DNA of 64,000 nt from Octopus sinensis (GCF_006345805.1 NC_043003.1:25110001-25174000); one strand, 5' to 3'; positions 1 through 12,709 are shown, counted from the stretch's first letter. The notes: generated by a model not told the origin, from the sequence alone. Made by a program: numbers and translations.

Positions 1-140
1 ACTTTTGTACCATGGTAACGTATTCAGTCTTTAATAACAGATATATGCGCTGCTTTGTTTTGAGTTCCTTTTTTTGATTATTTCGTGGACTATAAATCAC
101 ACACACACACACACACAAGCACACACACACACACACACAC

Positions 141-177
<37 letters not shown>

Positions 178-292
178 CTGCATATAAATATGTATACATA
201 CGTACATACACGTACGTATATATGTGTGTATGTGTGTATGTTGTGTTTTCATGTTTGGTTTAACTTATATATATATATATATATTCTTTTAT

Positions 293-475
293 TCTTTTAC
301 TTGTTTCAGTCATTTGACTGCAGCCATGCTTGTATACATCCTTAAAGGGTTTTAGTCGACTTATTCTTTCTAAGTTTAGTACTTATTCTAGCGGTCTCTT
401 TTGCCGAACCGTTCAGTTATGGGGGACATAAACATACCAACATCGGTTGTCAAGCGATGACAGGGGGACAAACAT
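293..475 (-). mobile_element. SINE family A, 3' half
   Basis: Reverse complement of the 3' half of the full copy at 8864-9252 (gactgaaacaagtaaaaga tail, gcggttcggcaaaagagacc body). Confidence 0.8.
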
Positions 476-761
476 AGTTACACATACATTCTAGCATACA
501 TTACTAATAAAAAGGACATGTCTTTATACTGGTCTTCTGTTGGTCAAGATAAACCACATCTCTGCGCATGCGCTAGCTTGGGCAAGAGGTTTTGAGGAAC
601 GTGGTATTCACTTCTGCATGCAAGCCTATCCTCTCTCAACGCCACCGATGTTTATTCGAAGGAAATGTCACTGACTTGGCTGATATAGCTGAGTGCTAGT
701 ATCCCAGCAGACGTTGCTGTCAGAATTCAGATTCGGAAGAGACACTTCAAAGTATCTTGTT

Positions 762-985
762 CAGGAGTGGCTGTGTGGTACGTAGCTTGCTTACCAACCA
801 CATTGTTCCGGGTTCAGTCCCACTGCGTGGCATCTTGGGCAAGTGTCTTCTACTATAGCCTTGGGCTTACCAAAGCCTTGTAAGTGGATTTGGTAGACGG
901 AAACTGAAAGAAGCCTGTCGTATATATGTATAAACGGTGGTGCATCAGCATGGCCGCAGCTCTTAGCTGAAACTAGAAAAAAAAA
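762..985 (+). mobile_element. SINE family A, internally deleted copy
   Basis: tRNA-like head ggagtggctgtgtggta...gggttcagtccc, body ending gaaagaagcctgtcg, short tail and poly(A). Confidence 0.8.
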
Positions 986-989
986 ACAA

Positions 990-1330
990 ACAAAAAAAAC
1001 TCGCTAACAGTTCTTCCAGCCTACCACCTTGGTACTACGTAGTTTTTTTATTTAATGGACACCTAAAGGAGGGGGAAGACAAAGTGGACATCGGTGGGAT
1101 TTGAACTCTTAATTCAGAATAGAAAGAATCATAACCCCCCCACCCCGCAAAGTATCCTTTCCAAAGTTCTGATAACTTTGTTAATCTACTTTTCGAGATT
1201 CGTTTTCTTTTTAAATCGATCAGGAAAAGTGGAAGGACAAAGCTGACATCGGTAAGATTTGAAATCAGAGAACAAAGAACCGGAACGAATACTGCGAAGC
1301 ATTCTACCTAGCGATTTAACCACTGTGCCA
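990..1330 (-). mobile_element. Two degenerate SINE family B fragments
   Basis: Family B motifs gaaggacaaagctgacatcgg...atttgaa and acaaagtggacatcggtgggatttgaactc. Confidence 0.55.
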
Positions 1331-1424
1331 TTTCACCGTCGTGTTAATGTAGGTACAATACATAAGAAAATTGTGCTGAAACGATTCAACTCATGGAAAG
1401 AATTTCAGATATAAGCAGGAATGG

Positions 1425-1570
1425 TTACGAAGTTCGTTTTGCAAATACGTGATTTCAGGTTCAGCCTCACTGCGCGGCATCTCGGCCAATTATCTTCCAC
1501 TAAAGCTCCGGCCCGATCAATACTTTGTTAGAGAATTCGATCAACATAAACAGTGTGGAAGCCCATCGTA
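1425..1570 (+). mobile_element. SINE family A, 5' half (partner of 3650-3855)
   Basis: Diverged head and body ending gtggaagcccatcgtata, the point where family A carries its internal microsatellite. Confidence 0.65.
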
Positions 1571-1673
<103 letters not shown>

Positions 1674-3500
1674 TGCGATAGGGTGGACCATCGATACTTG
1701 GAGGCGGTCCTCGGAGCGGCTGGCTTCGGTCCCGTCTTCCGCGGCTGGATAGCCGCTTTGTACAGAGGCATCCGTTCGGTAATTCGCGTGAATGGACATC
1801 TATCGAGAACCTTCGACATCGCACGTTCGGTCCGTCAGGGATGCCCCCTCTCGTCGCTTCTATACGTATTGGACTCTCGAGCCATTATTGCGGAAGCTGG
1901 CAACCTTGAGAGGCTCCCGTCGTGGGACGCTGGACCACGGCCCGGTTGAGTGCGCGGGGTCTGGTTTGGTCCGGACCTCCAAGTGGAGAAGAAGAACTGG
2001 AACGAGATAACGAGTAGGGTGGTCACTCTCGCCCGGCAATGGTCCGAGAGGGAAACTGTCCCTAAAAGGTCGGGCGGAGGAGGGGTGGCGAACACGTACA
2101 TCGCGTCCGTCATCTACTACCGCCTGACCGTCGTACCTTGTCCCGACCCTACCATCACCAAACTACAACGCATTCTCTTTCGCTTCTGTGGAAAGGATGC
2201 GTCCCGATGGTCAGGCGATCCATTTGCTGTCAACACCCGTTAAAAGGAGGGCTGGGCATGCCGTGGTTGATGATGCGCAGACACGCGCTGAGACTGCGAC
2301 TCTCTGGCTCTATGTAGACGACGGTGAACAGGTGTGGTCGCCGTTTGTGAGGCACGCTTTCCCGCAGCTCGTCTCCATGACCGAACTGCAGTCGTGGATC
2401 AAAAAGAGGCCGAGGAAGGGCGAATGGCACCGCGAGTGTCGCGTTGCTCTCAAGCAACTCTGCCGTCCTGGGTCGACCTTGAGTGACTTCAACACAAACC
2501 AAAGCATTCTATAGGGGTTTAGTGGAGGGGAGGTACGACGACGAGCTCGGGGCAAACCTGGCGTCGACGAGGAGTACCTGACCCGCTGCTGTTCAGGACG
2601 ACGTTCGGGCCCGGGCCCATGGACAACTTCCAGAGATCCCTGGCCTGGCAGTGCTACGAGAAGCGCTACCGTTCGGGATAAGCTCTACAGACACGGCTCG
2701 AGAAACACGGGGCCGACCTGCCGAGATGCGGTCAGAGCGACGAAACCGTTCTGCACGCACTCGTTCAGTGTCCAACAATTTCCGACCTGTGGGCTTATGA
2801 GAACAACTGCTGTCACGTGTGGGACGAGTCGGTTTATCAGCTGAGTCTATCGTCAATATTGTCACGCCTCCTTCCTTCAAACGGGAAGGAAGAGCTATTT
2901 TCATCATCCTTGTGGCTATGGCGAAAGAATGTATCTGGTGACGCGTCTGAAAGGATTGGAGACAAAACTTTCCTCTCTGGTCAATCTCTCATCAACTTCT
3001 TCAAGTACCACTTGAAAAGGAAGTGAGAGTAGAGAGGCAAGTTTTGTCTAGCGAATGTTTTAAAAAAAGATGGGTGAATGTAGCAAGAATGGCACGTATG
3101 AATGACGAAGCCACCTTGACTATGATCCTATGAACCCAGAAATTGAAAAAGAGAGTTGCTTATTTGCAAAAAAAAAAAAAAAAAGAAATATAAAATGTGA
3201 CTTCATTGACCGAGGTTACCGTGGTCTTTTCCGTAGGCTTTTCTTCCACGGGTAAACCTCACCTGTCCTCCCCTTTTACTTCATATTGACATTCTGTGAG
3301 ATAACGATCCCTATTGATCAATTTTTTTTCCTCTCCCCCTTTTTTTTTTTAACCCCCCTTTCCTTTTGTCCTCTTTCTCTCTTTTACGATCCCTTTTGAT
3401 CGAAACTCCCCCCTTCCTTTTTTTTTTAACCCTTCAAAAGAAAAGCTCTACCTTGTAATTTGTCTATCTGTGTGCAGCCCTGTGTGGCTAATAAAGAAAC
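1674..3500 (+). mobile_element. Tx1/L1-clade non-LTR retrotransposon, 5'-truncated and frameshifted
   Basis: RT motifs DRVDHRYL..GFG..F..WI..LY and SVRQGCPLS; thumb region; C-terminal CPRC..DETVLHALVQC zinc motif; putative 3' UTR with stem-loop 3212-3260 and AATAAA 3490-3495; (TATC)n on both sides. Confidence 0.88.
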
Positions 3501-3512
3501 ATATCTATATTA

Positions 3513-3594
<82 letters not shown>

Positions 3595-3649
3595 GTATCT
3601 GTGTGTGTGTATACACTTGCGCGCGTGTATATGAGTGTGTGACCTTATG

Positions 3650-3855
3650 TCTGTATTTGTCGCCAATCCACAGTTTGACAACCGGTTTTCGTTTGTTGAT
3701 GTCCTTGACCCGGCGGTTCGGTACAACGAGCCGATAACATAAGCGCCAAACTTAAAAGAAAAAAGATAAGTATTGGGGGCGATTTGTCGACGTAAAACTC
3801 TTCACGTCGATGCTCCAGCATGATCATCGTCCAATGACTAAAGCCAATAAAAAGA
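3650..3855 (+). mobile_element. SINE family A, 3' half
   Basis: Diverged match to 9060-9252 (tgacaaccg, gcggttcgg, gatgctccagcatg, aatgactaaa). Confidence 0.65.
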
Positions 3856-4316
3856 TAAAAATATAAGAAATAAAACATAAAAATTATAACCATGAAAGCA
3901 CATTAATGTCAGAGAAATATTTCTCCACCCACATTAACGATATGTGGACTGAACAACCATGCATGAACGAACTGTTGTAATATGAAAGAAGACTGTTCCT
4001 TCAGAATGATGACTAATGGCGGAAGTTTCGAGAAGTCAACATGTGTGACACATTTAAAACGCGTTCGTTTTGTCGTTTTTCGTTGTTCCATGTAAATTGT
4101 CAGACATTTTCGACGTGAAGTAAGCTGGTAACAATCGAGACTGACAGGACACCCACGCTCAATGTAAGGTGAAAGTATAAATATGAATATATGTACGTGT
4201 AATGCATATGTTTGCGTGTGAATAATAATGACAATGATTATAATAATAATAATGATGATGATAATAATAGTAATAATAATAATAATAATAATATAATAAT
4301 AATAATAATAATAATA

Positions 4317-4838
4317 ATTCTGATCTTAACTGATTGGAAGTGTTATCATGTACATTGTTTTGTCTTGGTATAAAAGATGGGCTACAGCAAATATTCTGCT
4401 CAATACCACAGATTTGCTTGTCAGTTGTTTGACCTTAACCAGTTGACCATGTCCCTTAGTGGCTGATGATGTGTGCATCTCTGATCACGAGCAGAAGTAG
4501 TGGGGGAGCATCATAGCCATGTGTTGAGAGGGATTCTTTGGGGTTTGAATAATTCACCTCTGGAAACATGGGTGTTTCTTTCAACATCCGTAAACAATCC
4601 TTATTCAGGGACCTTTTGTAGCGGGATGGGCTACTCAACCTGAAGAAAATTCTAACTGGGCCCCACTTGCAAGGTCATGTGCTGTTTATCTTGATATGAG
4701 ATCACCATGTCGCGCACATATGGTTGTGATGCATGTGCCTAGTGTACCCTTATCAGACGGGTAGTCATGATGGGTATATTGGGGTCCGTATATTTTACCC
4801 CAGTGTCACTTTGATGGCATGAACTGCTCTCTCACTCA
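4317..4838. repeat. About 520-bp non-coding element bounded by (TAA)n arrays
   Basis: Complex sequence between (TAA)n 4232-4316 and 4839-4903; no TIRs and no ORF I recognise. Confidence 0.5.
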
Positions 4839-4846
4839 ATAATATA

Positions 4847-4891
<45 letters not shown>

Positions 4892-4903
4892 TAATAATAA
4901 TAA

Positions 4904-6480
4904 CAAAAAGGGAAAATGACAGAAACATCCAACGTTAATCTTGACCAGCAGAATGTCATAAAGGAGTTAGAACCAGCGGAGAGTTACAAATACCTAGCGG
5001 TATTTGAAGGGGACGGAATCAAACATTCAGTGATAAGGTAACGGATCAGAAGAGAATGTTATCGTAGGGTAAGGGCAATACTCAAGACAGAGATGAATGC
5101 AAGAAACAGGGTCAAAGTGATCAATACTTTAGCCATCCCGGTCGTGACTTACAGTTTCAATATCATTAACTGGTCAATTACTGAAATATACGAAAATTGT
5201 TGACAATGCATAGAATACACCACCCTAAGATATAGAACAACTTTACCTGACAAGAAAAGAGGGTAGCCGTGGACTTTTACAACTGGAATTAGCAATGAAG
5301 ATTGCCACAATTGGCCTAGACACCTACCTGAAAAACTCATGACTGGATGTTGAAACTTGTCTCAAAGCATGAAAACAAGAAAGCATCATACTCAGTAACA
5401 AAACAGGCAAATAAATATCTAAGTGAATTTCAAATACAACAAATTCCAGAATTAGACATACTAGAAACGAGCACAGAAAAAGCTAAGCGCATGAAAACCC
5501 GTACCAAAACTGCTGCCTTAGACATTCTTACTGATAAATGTCAAGAAAAACCTCTCAATGGCAAATACACAAAGAGATGCTAATAGTGCCGATGTTGACA
5601 AAGCCCTTACTCATCAATGATTAATGGCTTCTGGCTTAAAATCAGAAACAGAAGGGTTTATCATAGCCCGAGATCAATGCCTACCTACAAGGAACTACCA
5701 GGTCAACATATTAAAGAACGGCAGTAGCCCGATATGTTGTGTATGTCAACAACAAAATGAAACCATTGAGCATGTTGTCTCCATGTGCAGTCTTCTTGCA
5801 CCTACAGAGCATCTCATGGAGCAGCACAGTATATTCACTGAGTAATTTGCAAAAACCTTGATTTGCCCCATGATAAAAAAACTGGTGGGAACACAAACTA
5901 CCTCCAGTGCTTGAAAATGATCACATCTCACTCATCTGGAACTTCACCATTTAAACTGACAGAAAGATAGATGCAAATAGACCAGACGTTATATTGAAAG
6001 ACTTCAGACAAAAATCATGCCTCCACATTGATATGACTGTCCCAATCGATGTAAACGTATCTGTCAAGACCTACCAAGAACTGAGAAGGTATAAAGATTT
6101 GAAATAGAAATTGGCAAAATGTGGAACCTCAAGACTAAATACCTGTTGTCATAGGTGCCCTAGGAATGATAGCAAAAGGGGCTGATTGCTACCTAGCTCA
6201 GATGCCAGGAAACCCCAAAATGGCAGAAATTCAAAAGATAGTGCTCATGGGAACTACCCATATCCTACGCAAAATACTGTCTATGTAAACTCAAAATTTT
6301 AAAACAAACTCCTAATTTTCTTATATTCTTTTAAACATTCTCTAGAATAATAATACGTGCAAAACCAAATATATGACAGCCCTAGGCATAACGCCAACAT
6401 GGACTTCTAACTCGTTATCTCTAGAGGTCTTTGGGTGAGACTTGGAGTCAACTTGTACAAATACAAAGCAAAAGTCAAAC

Positions 6481-6482
<2 letters not shown>
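4904..6482 (+). mobile_element. R4/Dong-clade RLE non-LTR retrotransposon, 5'-truncated, in (TAA)n
   Basis: ESYKYL, RRVRAILKTEMN, INTLAIPVVTYSFNIINW; zinc knuckle C..CQQQNETIEHVVSMC; RLE motif NRPDVIL...IDMTVP; stops and frameshifts; (TAA)n on both sides. Confidence 0.88.
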
Positions 6483-6552
<70 letters not shown>

Positions 6553-6554
<2 letters not shown>

Positions 6555-7675
6555 TAACATGAAAAAAACAAATAAATCTCCCAATAGGAAGATGCGTTTT
6601 AAGACGATTCGTGGAAAAACCCACTAAAGCTACGGGTGCCTGATCAACAGGATGAGAGCCCTTCTTTAATTACCTTTTTTTACAGGTGTTTGCTCAGAAC
6701 TGTTTCTCTCATACTGGCCATTCTTCCGACCTTCACCCACCTTTCAGCAAACTTGCTAGAAGACAACACTTCCCTCTCCACCCTCATTTTCCTTTTCAAG
6801 TAATACTTGAAAAAGTTAATGAGGGTTTGGCCAAAGAGGAAAGTGTCTGACTTTAACCCTTTTCAATCGAGTCCACCATACTACCTCTTTTGCTTACAGC
6901 TACCAGACAAATGAAAATTGCCTTCCCCTCCCGTTTAAAGGAAGCCGACGAGGCAATCTTCTCTGTGGATTCAGCTATAGCCGGATTCGTCCTACATGCA
7001 ACAGCAGCTGTTCGACATAAACCCACAGGTCAGCAATGCTCGGGCACTGGACGAGTGCGTGCAGAACGGTTTCGTCGCTCTGAGCGCACCTCGGGCAGGC
7101 TCGGCTGACGGCACTCCTATGCCTGTAAAGTTTATCTCAAACAGGTAATGCCCCTCGGTAGCACTGCCAGGCGAGGGATTTCTGGAAGTTATCCGTAGGC
7201 CCCGGTCCGAAAGTTCTCCGAAACAGACCTGTAAGTTGATCCTCGACGACGCTTAGAGTTTCCCCGAGAACGTCGTTCGTACTTTTCCTCCACTAGCCTT
7301 CTATAGAACGCTAGAGTAGAACTGCTACTGATCGCATTGCCGCCTGGCGGAGGGCTGTGAGCGCTTGATAGCACTCGAGGTACCAATCCCGCCCTCGTCT
7401 TTCTACGCTTAATCCAGCATTGCAACTAAGTCAAAGAGACGAGCTATGGAAGAGCGAGTCTGACAAACAGCGAAACACATCTGCTCACCGTCCAGGAAAC
7501 GCTGGAGATACCGTTTCCTGACTGCATGTCTGCGTATCAGCATCCACGGCATGCCCAGCTCTCCATTCAGCGGCTGTTGACAGCAGATGGAGCTCCTGAC
7601 AAGTGGAACGCGCCCCTTCCACAGAAAGCGGAAGAGTAAGCGCACCAGCTTGGTCAACCAACAAACGGAGCAAGG
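6553..7675 (-). mobile_element. Second Tx1/L1-clade subfamily, 3' fragment
   Basis: LFRFLWKGRVPLVRSSICCQQPLNGELGMPW and LINFFKYYLKRK match copy 1674-3500 at protein level; different 3' UTR ending at (TAT)n. Confidence 0.85.
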
Positions 7676-7876
7676 AACGCACACACACACGCATGCACAC
7701 ATACACACATACACCACGGAATTCTTTCAGTTTCCGTGTACCAAATCCATTCACAATGCTTTAGTCGGCCCTTGGTTACGGTAGAAGACACTCGCCCAAG
7801 TTTGCTCGCAGTGGGATAGAACTCCGAACCATGTGGTTGGGAAACAAGCTTCTTACCACACAGCCACACCTGCGCC
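7676..7876 (-). mobile_element. SINE family A, 5' half
   Basis: Reverse complement ggcgcaggtgtggctgtgtggtaagaagcttg...; its internal (CA)n abuts the Tx1 fragment. Confidence 0.8.
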
Positions 7877-7974
7877 AGTATATATTGTTTATGTATCATA
7901 AACACACGCACAAGGGTTCATAAAGACTCAGTTATTCGTTCATAACTATATTTGACCATCATCACAATCTTTCA

Positions 7975-8335
7975 CTCACTTACTCCCCTCACACTCTCCT
8001 CCTCCTCCTCTCCCCTCCTCCCCTCCCCTTCATCCTCCTACCCCCTCCTCCTCCATTCCTCCTCGTCCATTTCTCCTTCTCCTCCATTCCTCCTCGTCCA
8101 TTTCTCCTCCTCGTCCATTCCCCCTCCTCCTCCCTTCCTCCTCCTCCCCCTCCTCTACTCTTCCTTTCCTCCTCCTCTTCCCCCTCCTCCCATTCCCCCT
8201 CCTCCCCCTTCCTCCTCCCCTTCCTCCTCCCCTTCCTCCTCCCCCTTCCTCCTCCTCCTCCCTTCCTCCTCCTCCCTTTTTCCTCCTCCACCTCCCCTCC
8301 TCTTCTTTTCTTTCTCTTTCTTCCTTCGCCTCCTC
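7975..8335. repeat. (CCT)n-based polypyrimidine tract
   Basis: About 350 bp almost entirely C/T on the + strand. Confidence 0.9.
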
Positions 8336-8863
8336 TTGTATTTGCAATGTTTCTTTCTTTTCCTTAATCCTTACCCGAGAGTTAAATAGTTTATGTGAAA
8401 GATAAGCCGTGTGTAGGTGTGTGTGTATATATGTTTGTGTGTGAGCGTATGTGTATCAGTATCTAAATAATCTTTTTTCTTTGAGTTTCTCCTCTTTTTC
8501 ATTCTCTTTATGTCTCTCCATCTCCCCCCTCTCTCCTCCGTCTATCACTTTAATTCTTCCTCCACCTTTTCTTTGTTCCTCTCTCCTTCTCTCATCCCTT
8601 AGTTACTTTCTCAAATTTGCTCTATTCGAATTTAAAGTAAACCCATATGTATGGTGCAATACATAATGACCATACATAATACCTCGGGCGTCCTACATAC
8701 AATAAAGGGGTTACTGTGAACATGTTTAATGCGGGGAGCATTTATAGGTTTTCACAATGTAAAATAGAAACAACATCAACAGAGATACAAACATACATAT
8801 ATGGATGCCTAGATACATACATGCATACATATGTGTGTGTGTATATATATACATGCATACATA

Positions 8864-9252
8864 GGCGCAGGAGTGGCTGTGTGGTAAGTAGCTTGCTAAC
8901 CAACCTCATGGTTCCGGGTTCAGTCCCACTGCGTGGCATCTTGGGCAAGTGTCTTCTGCTATAACCCGGGGCCGACCAATGCCTTGTGAGTGGATTTGGT
9001 AGACGGAAACTGAAAGAAGCCTGTCGTATATATGTATATATATATGTGTGTGTGTGTGTTTGTGTTTGTCCCCCTAGCATTGCTTGACAACCGATGCTGG
9101 TATGTTTACGTCCCCGTCACTTATCGGTTCGGCAAAAGAGATCGATAGAATAAGTACTGGGCTTACAAAGAAGAAGTCCCGGGGTCGATTTGCTCGACTA
9201 AAGGCGGTGCTCCAGCATGGCCGCAGTCAAATGACTGAAACAAGTAAAAGAG
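8864..9252 (+). mobile_element. SINE family A, full-length reference copy
   Basis: A-box-like TGGCTGTGTGG, B-box-like GGTTCAGTCCC, internal (TA)(TG)n at 9028-9062, 3' tail. Confidence 0.9.
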
Positions 9253-9371
9253 TATGCTTATATACATGTATGAATATATATATACGTACATGTATGCATA
9301 CATTCATATATACATAAATACATTCGGGCATACACACGTATATGCAGATATCTATATAAAAGAGTAGAGCC

Positions 9372-9850
9372 GTGGTGGTGTGGCGAACGGCCTATATAAG
9401 GCGGAAGCTCTCCGCCGACTTCAAGACACCTCCTACTGCCCTCTGCTCTCCAACCCCACGCCCAGCTATCAACAGACTGTATCCTCCACTATCCATGACC
9501 TCATCTCCTCCCCCCAACGCCTCTAACCTCACTGTCCGCACCCCTCGCACTCCCACAATTTACTTCCTCTCCCAAATCCACAAACCTAACAAACCTGGCC
9601 GCCCCATCACTCCGCTTGCAACTGCCCCACCGAACTCATCTCCAGATATCTTGACCGTGTCCTTGCCCCTCTAGTGGCTTCCCTCCCCTCTCACATCTAT
9701 GACACCAACCTAAAAGCGTTCCTTTCTGTTGAAGAGCATAGGCTTGAAACGTAAAAGACTTTCTCACCTTCCCAAGTGTCAAACTAATACACCTGCTTGT
9801 TCTTTATACACCTGTCTTCGACTTCTATTTTTCTGCAAATTTCGACCATA
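9372..9850 (+). mobile_element. Penelope-like element: RT N-terminal fragment joined to 3' end
   Basis: VVVWRT..YKAEALRRL, TPTIYFL.QIHKPNKPGRPI, NCPTELISRYLDRVLAPLV across frameshifts; hammerhead-like motif follows. Confidence 0.8.
9722..9757 (+). ncRNA. Minimal type I hammerhead-like motif with A6U (CUGUUGA)
   Basis: cttt-CTGTTGA-A-GAGC atag GCTT-GAAAC-GTA-aaag: stem I 4 bp, stem II 4 bp, ACGT palindrome. Confidence 0.4.
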
Positions 9851-9859
9851 TATATATAT

Positions 9860-10135
9860 ATAAAGTTAATCCAAACAAGAAAACACAGAAAAAAAGAGAA
9901 AAAAAAGAAAAAACACACCAACGCAGGACGTGGAACAATTAAGTATTTTGACGCTCAGGAAAGAAGGGAAGGAGGGTTTAACGTTTCGAACGGAGCTCTT
10001 CGTCGGAAACAAGGAGAAGGAAGGTCCCAAGGAGGGAAGACAGAGGAGAAAATATATGAGCTGGTGGTGCTTAGAGATCACATGTTGAAAGAACAGAATT
10101 TGAAGGTAGTTGAATATGGTTTTATAATGCAAGAG
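9860..10135 (-). mobile_element. PLE-like terminal repeat fragment
   Basis: Non-coding, carries a hammerhead-like motif, lies inverted next to the PLE fragment. Confidence 0.45.
9976..10010 (-). ncRNA. Minimal type I hammerhead-like motif with U4C (CCGACGA)
   Basis: Minus strand gttt-CCGACGA-A-GAGC tcc GTTC-GAAAC-GTT-aaac: stem I 4 bp, stem II 4 bp. Confidence 0.5.
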
Positions 10136-10399
10136 AGTTCCAAAAAAAGGAATACCTGTGTGTGTGTGTGTGTGTGCAAGATGACAAGTGTTTTGTGTGC
10201 GTGCGTGTGGTGTGTGTGTGTGTATTTTTGGTGAATAAAGCCAATGACAAAGCCAGCTGTCATGATGACTGCTAGCTGTTTGTGTCAAGCCAGGTCAAAG
10301 CCGGGTCAAAAAAACAAAGGCCTATATGTATCATGTGTGTGTGTTGTTTGTAGTGTGTGTGTGCATGTGTATGTTTGTTTGTATATAATGTGTGTGTGT

Positions 10400-10584
10400 G
10401 TGTGTGTTCAGCAATTGATAAACGGTGTTGGTTTTTTATGTCCTCATATCTTAGCAGTTCAGCAGAAAGACCAACAGAATAAAAAGAAGTACTGGGGTTA
10501 CATTAGGCTTGGTTTATTCGACTAAACCTTTGAAGTCCCAATCCAGCTGTGACCACAGTCCAATGACTGAAACGATTAAAAGAC
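10400..10584 (+). mobile_element. SINE family A, 3' half, diverged
   Basis: cttagcagttcagcagaaagacc...cagtccaatgactgaaacg. Confidence 0.6.
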
Positions 10585-10734
10585 ATGCATAATACACATA
10601 TTCACTCATACATACATACATACATACATCATACATACATACATACATACATACATACATACATACATACACATAACATACATACATGCAAAAAGAAATC
10701 CTGATCTTAACTGTAAATTTCCACAGAAATAGAA

Positions 10735-11040
10735 ATATTGGTTTCAAACTTTGGCCCAAGGCCAGCAATTTCGGGGAGGGGTAAGTCGATTACATTGACT
10801 CCAGTGCTCAACTGGTATTTATTTTTCCAACCCCGAAAGGATTTAAGGCAAAGTTGACTTCGGCGGAATTTGAACTCAGAACCTGAAGGCGAACGAAATG
10901 CGAGCTCCCCCGCCTTAGAAGAAACAATAATATTATTCTCTACCCTGGGCACAAGGCCCGAAATTTCGGGGAGGGGACCAGTCGATTTCATCGACCCCAG
11001 CACGCAATTGGTACTTAATTTATCGACTCTGAAAGGATGA
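10735..11040 (-). mobile_element. SINE family B, two partial copies
   Basis: ccccgaaaggat..aaggcaaagttgacttcggcggaatttgaactcagaac motifs. Confidence 0.75.
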
Positions 11041-12430
11041 GAGATTACTTAGATAACAAGAAGAGGAAGAAAAAATAAATACGTCAAAAGGTGCATAATA
11101 TCTTGCAGGTCGGTAGTGAACTTCTAAAGAAACATTCACCTCCGGATGATCTCACAGGCAAACCCAGAAGTGCAGGACTAGCATATATCACTGAACTTGG
11201 AAAAGATATGCTTGGCATTCTAAAAGGTTATGCATGGGTATATTTAGTATAGTACCGAAGATGAAAGTATTAACATAAAGTGTAGCTTCTTTTGGATTCG
11301 CGACAGTTAAATCTCGTCACATCTCGAAGACTACGCTTTCTCAATCCCCGAGTAAGAGATAGCTACAGAATATCCTATGAACAAATGAAAGAGCGAAGCT
11401 CTCAACCTCTCAAAATGCAAATGTAATTATAAGTTATGTTGCTCTTTTGCGGAGGAGGTAACGCATAGAATCAGCGCCTACCAAAATAAAAAGAAATACA
11501 TTTTTTTTTAAATGTCACCAAAACAGTAACACTTACTGCGGCATGATGCTGTTAAAACAATATACAAAGCTATCTACAGAAGAGACTGTCATGTGATAAC
11601 TATTAACAATATCTCTACTATTAACTGCATACATGCATACATACTACGGCGGTACATACATACATACATACATACATCAATTCGGTGCAAACATAACAGA
11701 CCTGATATTGTTCTACAGGACAGGGAACAAAAGTCATGCACTGTTGTAGAGTTCAGCTGCCCAGGAGACATGAATGTCCAATCAAAAGTCCAGGAAAAAG
11801 AGAACATTTATGGCGAATAAATGCGGGTCTTACAGCTTTTGTACCCTGACTATGAATTCTCATTTGTACCTACCATCATAGGTGTATTAGGTTACGTACC
11901 AACAAATTTGCACAAAAACCAAGTAACACTTGTGTCTGGGGAGAGTCATTCTCTTTTGGTGCCTTATATATAATTTAACACACTCACTGGTAAAATTTCT
12001 ACTTATTTCTTTTTTATTTTCCAGAATTTTCGCTGCGTCTTGCGTGTGTTAAATTATAAGGCACCAAAAGAGAATGACTCTCCCCAGACAGAACAGAATA
12101 TGCTTCAACACACGAACTCGCATAAAGAATCTTGCCAACCAAATCCAAAAACTAGTAACACTTGGTTTCACAGAAAAAGAGCAAAAGAAACAGACGCGTA
12201 TTTTCCAAATCTACTCTATTAGTGGTACTGTCAAGTTTTGTAAGACATTCCCAAAATTCTCCATCTGAGGTTCGTATGTGAATTGAGGCTCACACTTTGG
12301 CGTATCACCAACTCAATCACATATTTACAAACACCGAGAACTCTCTTAACTCAGAACGTTTCGTTTTCTTCTTGGCAACCGTCTTGAATTCTCACAAGAA
12401 CTTAAATTCAAAGAAAAGTCATACATACAT
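11041..12430 (+). mobile_element. Second R4/Dong-like RLE family, degraded, ending in (TACA)n
   Basis: RHDAVK.IYKAI, HNRPDIVLQDREQKSCTVVEFSCP, PDYEFSFVPTIIGVLGYVP, GTVKFCKTF; interrupted at 11933-12146. Confidence 0.8.
11933..12146. mobile_element. Fold-back element inserted into the RLE ORF
   Basis: 47-bp inverted repeat (11933-11983 / 12044-12090); flanking near-duplication aaaaac(ca/t)agtaacacttg at 11914-11932 and 12147-12164; homolog at 55030-55334. Confidence 0.75.
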
Positions 12431-12709
12431 AGAAAAATTTCCTTTGACTTCTGCTTTACTGTTTTTGGTACGGCTCCCTAAAAGATATTCAACTTTTTGG
12501 ATTTTACCCGGATATTAAAAACGTTAACTACAGACCTGTGCGGTCGCTGAATCTAACTGGAAATAACAGTCAAATTTGCCTCAAATTACATTCTATCATC
12601 TAAAATAAGGAAGAACAAATTGGCTTAATGTTATTTCTCACCGGTTAACACAGCTTAACAAATAACAGTACATCACTACAATAATAATAATAAAAATAAA
12701 AACATGTCT

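Noticed and set aside
3900-4190. Unique-looking sequence that might be an exon or conserved element (also 29560-29830, 37300-37420, 63480-63700)
   Set aside because: No recognisable ORF, splice pattern or RNA motif; cannot be assessed without alignments.
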